From contig CAVXGK010000001.1 in assembly GCA_963761305.1 (NCBI GenBank), positions 1,536,001 to 1,600,000 on the forward strand: a DNA stretch of 64,000 nucleotides, read 5' to 3'. Source of the stretch: an uncultured Gemmatimonadaceae bacterium (lineage in GTDB: Bacteria > Gemmatimonadota > Gemmatimonadetes > Gemmatimonadales > Gemmatimonadaceae). Position 1 is the stretch's first letter; each line of letters opens with the position of its first letter. This document shows, one piece after another, positions 16,595-26,329 of the stretch. A program made the position numbers and the translations under genes. The notes under the pieces were generated by a model. The model searched no databases. It saw nothing but the letters and a program-made list of their open reading frames with translations, and was not told where the DNA came from.

Positions 16595-19236
16595 GGACGC
16601 ACCGGCTCCGAGGGCGGATGCGGCGGACGATTCGCCGCCGCGGCCGTGGCCGACAACAGATTCACGAACAAGCGCGCCGCTCCCGGATTGCCGGCCGGCA
16701 GCTCGCGGAAGAACGCGAACGTCGTGTAGACGTACGTTCCCTTGCCCACCGCCGCGACGAGCACGGCGCCGTCCTGCGGCGGATCACCCTTGTCGTTCAT
16801 CGAGAACACGGTGCGATACGCGGGATCGAACGTGCGCGGCATGTACAGCGCGCGCTCTTGCACCCAGTTCGCAAAATCCTCCTGGCCGATCTTGTTCGGG
16901 CGCGAGAGCAACGGCGAACCGGGATCGAGAACGCGCACTTGCGCCGTCTCGTCGGTCACGCGATCGGTGGTGCGCGGCGCGGTGAGCGGGAACGGCAGAA
17001 TGCCGGGCCGGCCGTACGCGCCCTGACCGTACTGCGTGACGATCGTGCCGCCGTTGCGCGCGAACGCCATCAGTACGCCGTTGTTGGCGACGAGCGCGGG
17101 ATTCGCCTCGTACGCTCGCGGCCCGACGACGATCGCCGAGAATCCAGAGAGCTTGATCTGCGGCAGCGTGAGCGGGTCGAGTTCCGCCACCGGGATGCCC
17201 AACTCCTCGAGCATCGGCATCACGTTGTCGCCGACGCCCTTGATGTAGCCGACCTTGATGTTCGCATAGGTGACGTTCACCGCCTGCAGGGTCACCGTCG
17301 AGCTCCTGTAGAAGCGCAGCGGCCGGATGTGCGAGTACTCGACCGGCACGAAGCCGAGGGCGAACGTCCGCACCGCGTCGTTCTCGCGCAGGCTGGCGGT
17401 CGCCTTGATCTCGTGGCGTCCCGCCGCGAGCACGCCGCGCACTCGGAAATACAGATGCGCGTCGCCGAACGGTTCGAGCGACACGTGTCGCGTCGCCGTG
17501 TCGGCGTGGAGCCCTTCGGGCACCTGCAGCGCGACGTCCACCTGCCGCGGCACGCCGTCGGCCGAATGGACGTACACGAGCATCGTCCGGTCGAACGGCG
17601 CGCCGGCGCGCGCGTACTCGACTTCGTGTTGCAGGAGAACGGAAATCTCTGGCACGACGGCGATCGGCCGGCGCACTTCACCGCGCGCCGGATCGGCGAA
17701 CCGGTAGACGATCGGCCCGTCGCGCACCACCACCGGCACGTCGTCGATGCGCAGCCCGACCTCGGCGCCCGACTCGAGCCGCCGGTCCTCGCCTTCGATC
17801 ATCTCCGCGCGCGGCTGCACGAACATGTCGCCGGCGGGCTGCTTCCGAAGCCACCACGGCAGCGAGAGCACGATCGGCGCGCGATACGTGAGCTGCTCGA
17901 CCGCGCTGCTGTCCGGCGGAATCACGTGCGGCCGCCGCGACACCATGCCCAGCGCGTTGATGAAGGCGATGCGGCCGAGGTCGACGGTCGACTTGCCGCC
18001 GTTGTACACGCGCACGGTGACCGGCACCGTGTCGTTCTGCGCGATGAGATCGCGCGGCGCCGTGATGTCGATCGACACGCCGGCCGCGGTGAGCAGCGCG
18101 TGCGTCACGCGATCATTCGTCGTCGACAACGACGACCACAAGTCGCGCTCGGCGGCCGAACACGAATGATCGTCGACGCCTTCAGCCGGAGAAAATCCGC
18201 ACGCCCTTCCGCTCCACGCGCGTGTCACGAGTCGCTGGTACGTCGCGAGCGGCGCGACCATCGCCGACGGGTCGACCAGATTCTCGACGGCGCTCACGGC
18301 CGCTTTCGCGCCGCGCAGCGAATCGACCGCGCTGCGGATCGAATCGGCGAGCGGCACTGACTTGAAGCGCGACCACGTCGTGTCGATGCCGTCGAACAGC
18401 CCGGTCTCGGGCGCGTTCACGTCGGACACGCGCGAGACCTCGAGGCGCACGCCGCTGAACACGGGTCCCTTGCGCGGCAACGCGCCCTGTCCCTGCGAGC
18501 GGTGCTGCGAACGGCTTTCCGTGGCGATCTCGGAGTACGACTCGCCGAGCAGCGGCGAATACTCGCCGGCGTCGAAGGCGAGCGTCGAACCGGCGCCGTT
18601 GCGCCGCAGCCGGTAGAACTTGAGCGGCGCCCAGGCGTCGAGGCCGGACAGCCGATTCGGCGGAAAGCGAACCGTATCGGCGGCCGCGTCGAACGCCTCG
18701 CGCGAGACGACGCCCGAGTATTGATGATGCCCGTGTCCGTCGGCCGGCGTCCCCGACCACACGGAGATGATGACGTGCGGGCGGAACGCGCGAATCACCG
18801 ACACGACGTCGGAGAGAATCGAATCCTTCGGCCAGTGCTCGAGCGTTTCCTCGAGCGTCTTTGAAAATCCGAAGTCGTAGGCGCGCGTGAAGTATTGATG
18901 TCCGCCGTCGATGCGGCGCGCGGCCAGCAGCTCTTCGGTGCGGATCATCCCGAGCGCGGGACCGAGCTCGTTGCCGATGAGATTCTGGCCACCGTCGCCG
19001 CGCGTGAGCGACAGATACGCGACGTCGACGTGCCGCGCCTTGGCCAGCCACGCGATGAGCTGCGTGTCTTCGTCGTCGGGATGCGCGCCGATCATCAGCA
19101 CGCGCGCCGTCGTGCCGAGTCCGGCGATCTCCTCGCCGAGCGTCGCGGCGTCGGGGCGTTGCGCGAACGCGCTCGACGCCGGGATCCGCAGCGCCAGACA
19201 CATGCAGGAGACCAGCGCGAGCGTTCGTTTCATCAT
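16591..19236 (-). CDS. Secreted PIG-L/LmbE-family deacetylase with large C-terminal extension
   Basis: Signal peptide from MMKRTL (ATG 19236). GAHPDDED, TRGDGGQN, RAYDFGFSK and DGHGHHQ metal-binding motifs. Confidence 0.88.
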   Translation of the reverse strand: MMKRTLALVSCMCLALRIPASSAFAQRPDAATLGEEIAGLGTTARVLMIGAHPDDEDTQLIAWLAKARHVDVAYLSLTRGDGGQNLIGNELGPALGMIRTEELLAARRIDGGHQYFTRAYDFGFSKTLEETLEHWPKDSILSDVVSVIRAFRPHVIISVWSGTPADGHGHHQYSGVVSREAFDAAADTVRFPPNRLSGLDAWAPLKFYRLRRNGAGSTLAFDAGEYSPLLGESYSEIATESRSQHRSQGQGALPRKGPVFSGVRLEVSRVSDVNAPETGLFDGIDTTWSRFKSVPLADSIRSAVDSLRGAKAAVSAVENLVDPSAMVAPLATYQRLVTRAWSGRACGFSPAEGVDDHSCSAAERDLWSSLSTTNDRVTHALLTAAGVSIDITAPRDLIAQNDTVPVTVRVYNGGKSTVDLGRIAFINALGMVSRRPHVIPPDSSAVEQLTYRAPIVLSLPWWLRKQPAGDMFVQPRAEMIEGEDRRLESGAEVGLRIDDVPVVVRDGPIVYRFADPARGEVRRPIAVVPEISVLLQHEVEYARAGAPFDRTMLVYVHSADGVPRQVDVALQVPEGLHADTATRHVSLEPFGDAHLYFRVRGVLAAGRHEIKATASLRENDAVRTFALGFVPVEYSHIRPLRFYRSSTVTLQAVNVTYANIKVGYIKGVGDNVMPMLEELGIPVAELDPLTLPQIKLSGFSAIVVGPRAYEANPALVANNGVLMAFARNGGTIVTQYGQGAYGRPGILPFPLTAPRTTDRVTDETAQVRVLDPGSPLLSRPNKIGQEDFANWVQERALYMPRTFDPAYRTVFSMNDKGDPPQDGAVLVAAVGKGTYVYTTFAFFRELPAGNPGAARLFVNLLSATAAAANRPPHPPSEPVRP

Positions 19237-19258
19237 TCTGGAATCGGAAAAGCGCGCG

Positions 19259-22027
19259 CTATCGCGCGGCCGGCGTTTTGCGCCGGCCGGCCGGCGAATA
19301 GGTGAGCGCATCCTTGAGGATGCGCGTCTGCTCTTCGTCGTGCGCCGGCTTGTGTCCCTCGGCCGGGCTCGACCGCTCGGGTCGTCCGATGTAGCGCATC
19401 GTCGTCACGGTCCCGATCGACGCGCGCAGGCGCGGTTGCACGAACGTCCACGCTCCCATGTTCTTCGGCTCTTCCTGTGCCCACACGACTTCGTCCACGT
19501 TCGGGTATTGGTCCACGATGTCGCCGACCTCGCGCGGCCACGGCGCGATCTCTTCGATGCGGATGATCGCCACGTTCGACGGGTGCTCACCCGCGGCCAC
19601 CAGGTCGTAATACAGCTTTCCGGTACAGAAGACCAGACGCTGCACCGCATCCCGCTGCTGCGACGCGACCGGGTCGTCGATCACTCGGCGGAACGTGCCG
19701 CCGGCCAGGTCCTCGAGCTTGGAGAGCGCGGCGGTGAGGCGCAGCAACGACTTGGGCTGCATGAGCACGAGCGGCCGCCTGGGCCGCTTGAGCGCCTGGC
19801 GCCGCAGAATATGGAAGTACTGGGCGGGCGTCGACGGGTAGGCGACGACCATGTTTTCTTCGGCGTACAGCTGGAGGAACCGCTCGAGCCGCGCGCTCGA
19901 GTGCTCGGGGCCCTGTCCCTCGTACCCGTGCGGGAGGAGCAGCACGAGGCCCGACTCGTGGCGCCACTTGGCGCGCCCCGCCGAGATGAACTGGTCGAAG
20001 ATCGGCTGCCCGACGTTGGCGAAGTCGCCGTACTGCGCTTCCCACAGGACGAGCTCGTTCGGCGTCGCGATGCTGAAGCCGTACTCGAACCCGAGTACGG
20101 CGGTCTCCGACAGCGGGCTGTTATAGATCTCGAATTCGCCGCCGGCCTGCGGCAGGTGCGCGAGCGGTGTGAACGTCTCGCCGGTTTCCACGTCGTGCAG
20201 CACCGCCTGGCGATGCGAGAACGTTCCGCGCTCGGCGTCCTGGCCCGTGACGCGTACGCTCACGCCCTCGGTGAGCAGCGACGCGAACGCCAGTGCTTCG
20301 GCGTGGCCCCAGTCGATGCCGCCGCTGTTGATCGCGCCGCGGCGGCGCGGCACGGTGCGCTGCAGCGTCGGATGAAGCTTGAACGTCGACGGCCACGCCA
20401 ACAATTGCTCGTTGAGCGCGACGAGTCGCTCCGGGCGCACGGCCGTCGCGGCCTCGCGCGCGTTCGAGCGGGTCGCGTCGCCCTTCGCTGTTGCCGGGGG
20501 CGCCGCCGGCGCGGCCTCGTGCTTGAGGTCCTGATAGATCTGCTGCAGCCGAGCGCCGACCGCGGCGTCGGCGGCCTTGACGTCGTCCTCGGTCATCACG
20601 CGCTCGGCGACGAGCCGCGCGCCGTAGACTTCGCGCGCCGTGGGATGCGCCGACACGACCTTGTACATCATCGGCTGCGTGAACGCCGGCTGGTCCGCCT
20701 CGTTGTGTCCGTGGCGCCGGTAGCCGACGAGGTCGATCAGAAAATCCTTGTTGAACCGCTGGCGATACGCGATCGACAGGCGCACCGACTGGACGCACGC
20801 CTCGGCGTCGTCGGCGTTCACGTGCACGATCGGAATGTCGTAGCCCTTCGCCAGGTCGCTCGCGTAGTGCGTGGAGCGGCCGTCGATGGCGTCGGTCGTG
20901 AACCCGACCTGGTTGTTGACGATGATGTGCAGCGTGCCGCCCACGCGATACCCGCGCAGCAGCGACATGTTGATCGTCTCGGCGACGATTCCCTCGCCGC
21001 TGAACGACGCGTCGCCGTGGACGACGACCGGCAGCACCGACGACTCGGCGCGCGTGTTGGGCGCGGTGCCGTTCACGCGCTGGCGCGCCCGCGTCACGCC
21101 CTGTGCGACCGGATTCACCAGCTCGAGGTGGCTCGGGTTCGACATCAGCTCGACATCCACCAAGCCGCCGCCGGCGACGTCCACCTTGGCGGTTAAGCCC
21201 ATGTGGTACTTCACGTCGCCCGTGTCCGACTCGTTCGCCATCGGCACGGGACGGTCTTCGAATTCCTCGAACAGCAGGCGGTACGGCTTCCCCATCACGT
21301 GCGACATCACGTTCAGGCGTCCGCGGTGCGCCATGCCGATCACGACGTGCCGCGCACCGGCATCCACTCCGCGCGCGATGGCTTCGTCGAGCATGGGGAC
21401 GAGCGCGTCCACGCCCTCGATCGAGAAACGCTTCACGCTTACGTACGCGCGGCCGAGGAACCGCTCGAGCGCGTCGACGGCGGTGAGTCGTTCGAGCAGA
21501 GTCTTGCGCTCGTCGGCGTCGAGCGGTGCGGACGCCACGCCCGACTCGATCGTCGTGCGCAGCCACTCCCGCTCGGTCTCGTCGCTGACGTGGTCGAACT
21601 CGTAGCCCATCCCGCCGCAGTAGAGCTCGCGCAGGCGGCGCACGACGTCGGCCGCGGTTCCGCCGCCCCGGCCGAGCGCGCCGGCGGGAACGTCGGCCAG
21701 ATCGGCTTCCGAGATGCCGTGGAATTCTGGCTCGAGCTCAGCGGCGCCCGGAGGCGCAGTACCCAGCGGATCGATTTGGACGGCGAGATGTCCCAACCGC
21801 TCGATCGCGGCGACCAGACCTATCGCGCCGGCAGTCTTGCGGAGAATGCCGGCGTCGTACGTGCCGGAGGGGGAGCTCGGCGCGGCATCGGCGCGCCCCA
21901 GCGACTCAGCGAAACGAAAAAACTGGCGCCACGACTCATCGACCGACGACGCGTCGCGTCGATAGGCATCGTAGAGCTCGGCGATGTAGCCGTCGTTGAA
22001 CGCACTTGTAGTGGGAAGTCCAGACAT
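19259..22027 (-). CDS. sucA: 2-oxoglutarate dehydrogenase E1 component
   Basis: KRFSIEG, GMAHRGRLN, GDVKYH, NPSHLE, HGDASFSGEG, NNQVGFTT, WEAQYGDF and GQGPEHSSARLER motifs. Confidence 0.97.
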   Translation of the reverse strand: MSGLPTTSAFNDGYIAELYDAYRRDASSVDESWRQFFRFAESLGRADAAPSSPSGTYDAGILRKTAGAIGLVAAIERLGHLAVQIDPLGTAPPGAAELEPEFHGISEADLADVPAGALGRGGGTAADVVRRLRELYCGGMGYEFDHVSDETEREWLRTTIESGVASAPLDADERKTLLERLTAVDALERFLGRAYVSVKRFSIEGVDALVPMLDEAIARGVDAGARHVVIGMAHRGRLNVMSHVMGKPYRLLFEEFEDRPVPMANESDTGDVKYHMGLTAKVDVAGGGLVDVELMSNPSHLELVNPVAQGVTRARQRVNGTAPNTRAESSVLPVVVHGDASFSGEGIVAETINMSLLRGYRVGGTLHIIVNNQVGFTTDAIDGRSTHYASDLAKGYDIPIVHVNADDAEACVQSVRLSIAYRQRFNKDFLIDLVGYRRHGHNEADQPAFTQPMMYKVVSAHPTAREVYGARLVAERVMTEDDVKAADAAVGARLQQIYQDLKHEAAPAAPPATAKGDATRSNAREAATAVRPERLVALNEQLLAWPSTFKLHPTLQRTVPRRRGAINSGGIDWGHAEALAFASLLTEGVSVRVTGQDAERGTFSHRQAVLHDVETGETFTPLAHLPQAGGEFEIYNSPLSETAVLGFEYGFSIATPNELVLWEAQYGDFANVGQPIFDQFISAGRAKWRHESGLVLLLPHGYEGQGPEHSSARLERFLQLYAEENMVVAYPSTPAQYFHILRRQALKRPRRPLVLMQPKSLLRLTAALSKLEDLAGGTFRRVIDDPVASQQRDAVQRLVFCTGKLYYDLVAAGEHPSNVAIIRIEEIAPWPREVGDIVDQYPNVDEVVWAQEEPKNMGAWTFVQPRLRASIGTVTTMRYIGRPERSSPAEGHKPAHDEEQTRILKDALTYSPAGRRKTPAAR

Positions 22028-22085
22028 GATGTGTGAAAGTTAGCCGCGGCCCCCTAGTACGAGAGCGCCGCGAAAGCGCGCCGGA

Positions 22086-23495
<1,410 letters not shown>

Positions 23496-24037
23496 GGTAA
23501 CACGTTCGGCGGGTTGATACGGCCGCGCCGCTGCCGCACGGCGGAGAGCAGTCGCTGAGCGTCTTCGCGCTCGAGGGTTGGCAAATACAGGAATCCGGCG
23601 ACGCCGTTCGTGTCGAGCAGATGCGCATCGCCGGGGTGGCGCGTGAGGCTCACGGCGATCAGCGGAATGCCCGAACGCAACGGGTCGCTCTCCCAGCCGG
23701 CGAGCGGCGTGGCCGCCAGCAAATCGTAATCACAGATCACAGCGTCGAGATCGCTCGTCGCGACCAGAGTCATCGCTTGCTCCATGCCGACGCACGGAAC
23801 CGTTTCGGCGCCGAGGTCGTCAAAGTAGCGGCACAAATGCTCGGTCAAAAACGGATGTCTGGCGACGCACATCACACGCATGGGTCGAATATACCGAACG
23901 CGGCTCGCGCTCATCAGAGGGCATCGAAACACAACAGGTGCGTGATAGGTGTCACCGCATGAACCGCTCGCGATACCACGCCGAACAGCGTACTGTTCGA
24001 GCCGCCATGACCCTTCGTCCAACGAGCAAGGCCGCCG

Positions 24038-24853
24038 TTGCCGAGTAACCCGTTCGATCTCACGGGAAAAACCGCGCTCGTCACCGGCGGCTATGGCGTG
24101 CTGGGCGGCACGATCGCCACCGGACTCGTCGCGGCCGGCGCGCGCGTCGCGGTGCTCGGCCGCCGCCACGACCTCGCGGCCGCGAAGGCCGACGAGCTGC
24201 GACAAACGGGTGGCGACGCGATGCCCGTCGTCGCCGACGTGCTCGAGCGCGACGCGGTTGGCCTGGCGAGCGACGAAGTGCAGCGGGCGTGGGGGCGGAT
24301 CGACATCCTCGTCAACGCGGCCGGCGGCAACGTCGCGCGCGCACGCAACGATTCGCGCAGCATCTTCGAGGTGCCGATCGACGCGTTCGACGAAGTGTTG
24401 CGGTTGAACCTTCACGGAACCGTGATACCCTCGCTGGTCGTCGGCGAGGCGATGGCGCGCGTCGGTCGCGGATCGATCATCAACATCTCGTCGATGGCGG
24501 CGATTTCGGCGATCAGCGGCACGCTCGGATACTCGGTGGCCAAGTCGGGCGTCGACTCGTTCACGCGATGGTTGGCGATGGACCTCGCGCGCAAACATGG
24601 CGACGGCGTGCGCGTGAACGCGGTCGCGCCGGGTTTCTTTGTGTCGGCACAAAACCGCGCCGTGCTGGTGGACGACGCGGGCCAGCCGACGCTCCGCGCC
24701 CGCACCATCATCCAACGCACGCCGATGGGCCGTTTCGGCCGGCCCGATGAACTCGTGGGCGCGGTCCGGTGGTTGGCGAGCGACGCGGCTTCCTTTGTAA
24801 CGGGCGTCGTGATTCCCGTGGACGGAGGATTCAGTTCGTTCAGTGGGGTCTAG
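24038..24853 (+). CDS. SDR oxidoreductase resembling UxuB-type D-mannonate oxidoreductase
   Basis: TGGYGVLG, NAAGGN, YSVAK, VRVNAVAPGFF..QNR, TPMGRFG and DGGFSSFSGV motifs. Confidence 0.8.
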   Translation: MPSNPFDLTGKTALVTGGYGVLGGTIATGLVAAGARVAVLGRRHDLAAAKADELRQTGGDAMPVVADVLERDAVGLASDEVQRAWGRIDILVNAAGGNVARARNDSRSIFEVPIDAFDEVLRLNLHGTVIPSLVVGEAMARVGRGSIINISSMAAISAISGTLGYSVAKSGVDSFTRWLAMDLARKHGDGVRVNAVAPGFFVSAQNRAVLVDDAGQPTLRARTIIQRTPMGRFGRPDELVGAVRWLASDAASFVTGVVIPVDGGFSSFSGV

Positions 24854-24966
24854 TCGGGCCACTCGTGCCGCTCATATCGATGGGGCACTTCGACTTGCTG
24901 TCACCGGCGCCCCGTTCGCGGTTCGTCCGCTCGCCATCGTCGGTCGCGCAAAACGATGACGAATGC

Positions 24967-25021
24967 TTGACAGACCGCGGTGAGAGCGGCCAACATAGCA
25001 GAGATAAGGTCAATTGATCTT
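24967..25021 (+). promoter_or_regulatory. Candidate sigma70 promoter and palindromic operator for the enolase-GH67-xyl operon
   Basis: TTGACA at 24967-24972. The -10 is weak. Near-perfect palindrome AAGGTCAATTGATCTT at 25006-25021. Confidence 0.55.
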
Positions 25022-25071
25022 TCGCTAAACCTTCAGGCGAGAGGCATTCCATTGCTCGCCCGCGCCGCCGC

Positions 25072-26316
25072 ATGAAGATCATCGACGTCCGGACTACGCC
25101 GGTCAGTGTCCCCCTGGCCGCGCCCCTTCGCCACGCGAACGGGTGCCACTGGGGTCGCTTCGTGCGCACCATCGTCGAGGTAGAAACCGACGACGGTCTC
25201 ATCGGGCTGGGCGAGATGGGCGGCGGCGGCGAAAGCGCGTCGGCGGCCTTCGCGGCGCTCAAGCCCTACGTCATCGGACACGATCCCGCAAAGCTCGAAG
25301 AGCTTCGCTTCAAGATCTCGAACCCCACGGCGTCGCTCTACAACCATCGCACGCAGATGGTCGCGGCGCTCGAGTTCGCGTGCCTCGACATTCTCGGCCA
25401 GGCGTGGGGCGTCCCGGTCTCGGAAATTCTCGGCGGCCGGCTGCGCGATCGCGTGCCGTTCGCGTCGTACCTCTTTTTTCGCTACCCAAGCTCGGCAGAC
25501 GGATCGGGCGAGGTGCGCACGTGCGAGCAGCTCGTCGCCGAAGCCAAGGCGCTCAAGGCGAAGCACGGCTTCACGACGCACAAGCTCAAGGGCGGCGTGT
25601 TCCGCCCGGAGTACGAGCTCGAATGCTACCGCGCGCTCGCCCACGAGCTGGCCGGCGATCGTTTTCGCTTCGACCCGAACGGCGTCTGGTCCACCGAACA
25701 GGCGATCTGGTTCGGCCGGCATATCGAGGATCTGAATAACGATTATCTCGAGGATCCGGTGTTCGGGCTTCACGGCATGCGGCGCGCGCGCGAAAAGCTG
25801 CGCCTGCCGCTGGCCACGAACACGGTCGTGGTGAACTTCGAGCAGCTCGCCGCCAACGTGCTCCAGACGGCGGTCGACGTCATTCTCCTCGACACGACGT
25901 TCTGGGGCGGCATCCGCTCCTGCGTGAAGGCCGCCGCCGTGTGCGACACGTTCCAGCTGGGCGTCGCGGTGCATTCGTCCGGCGAGTTGGGCATCCAGCT
26001 CGCCACCATGCTCCACCTCGGCGCGGTGATTCCGAACATCACCTTCGCGGCCGACGCGCACTACCACCATCTCGCCGACGACGTGATTCAAGGCGGGAAG
26101 ATGTCGTACTGCCGCGGCAGCATTCCGGTCCCGAAAGGCCCGGGCCTCGGCGTGAAGCTCGATCGCGACCGGCTCGGCATGTATCACGAGGCTTTCTGTC
26201 GGCTCGGCAACTATCCGTACGATCAGGATCCGCTGCGCCCGGGCTGGGCGCCGTTGGTGCCGAACACGGATTGGGCCGACCCTCTCGACGCGCGGGCCCC
26301 CCAGATTCCGTTCTGA
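25072..26316 (+). CDS. Enolase-superfamily acid-sugar dehydratase, glucarate dehydratase-like
   Basis: HKLKGG (KxK), FDPNG, YLEDP, LATNT and VHS match the glucarate dehydratase subgroup ligand pattern. PKGPGLGV at the C-terminus. Confidence 0.8.
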   Translation: MKIIDVRTTPVSVPLAAPLRHANGCHWGRFVRTIVEVETDDGLIGLGEMGGGGESASAAFAALKPYVIGHDPAKLEELRFKISNPTASLYNHRTQMVAALEFACLDILGQAWGVPVSEILGGRLRDRVPFASYLFFRYPSSADGSGEVRTCEQLVAEAKALKAKHGFTTHKLKGGVFRPEYELECYRALAHELAGDRFRFDPNGVWSTEQAIWFGRHIEDLNNDYLEDPVFGLHGMRRAREKLRLPLATNTVVVNFEQLAANVLQTAVDVILLDTTFWGGIRSCVKAAAVCDTFQLGVAVHSSGELGIQLATMLHLGAVIPNITFAADAHYHHLADDVIQGGKMSYCRGSIPVPKGPGLGVKLDRDRLGMYHEAFCRLGNYPYDQDPLRPGWAPLVPNTDWADPLDARAPQIPF

Positions 26317-26329
26317 GTCGAGCGCCTTC

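Noticed and set aside
11979..21196. Very long antisense ORFs (for example 986, 580 and 761 aa), plus similar ones elsewhere
   Set aside because: They mirror well-supported genes on the opposite strand, are Arg/Ala-rich and lack motifs. This is expected from stop-codon scarcity at high GC.
23982..23999. Possible LexA box (CGAAC...GTTCG)
   Set aside because: The spacer is 8 nt rather than the 4 nt of the Gram-positive SOS box, and the neighbouring genes are not repair genes.
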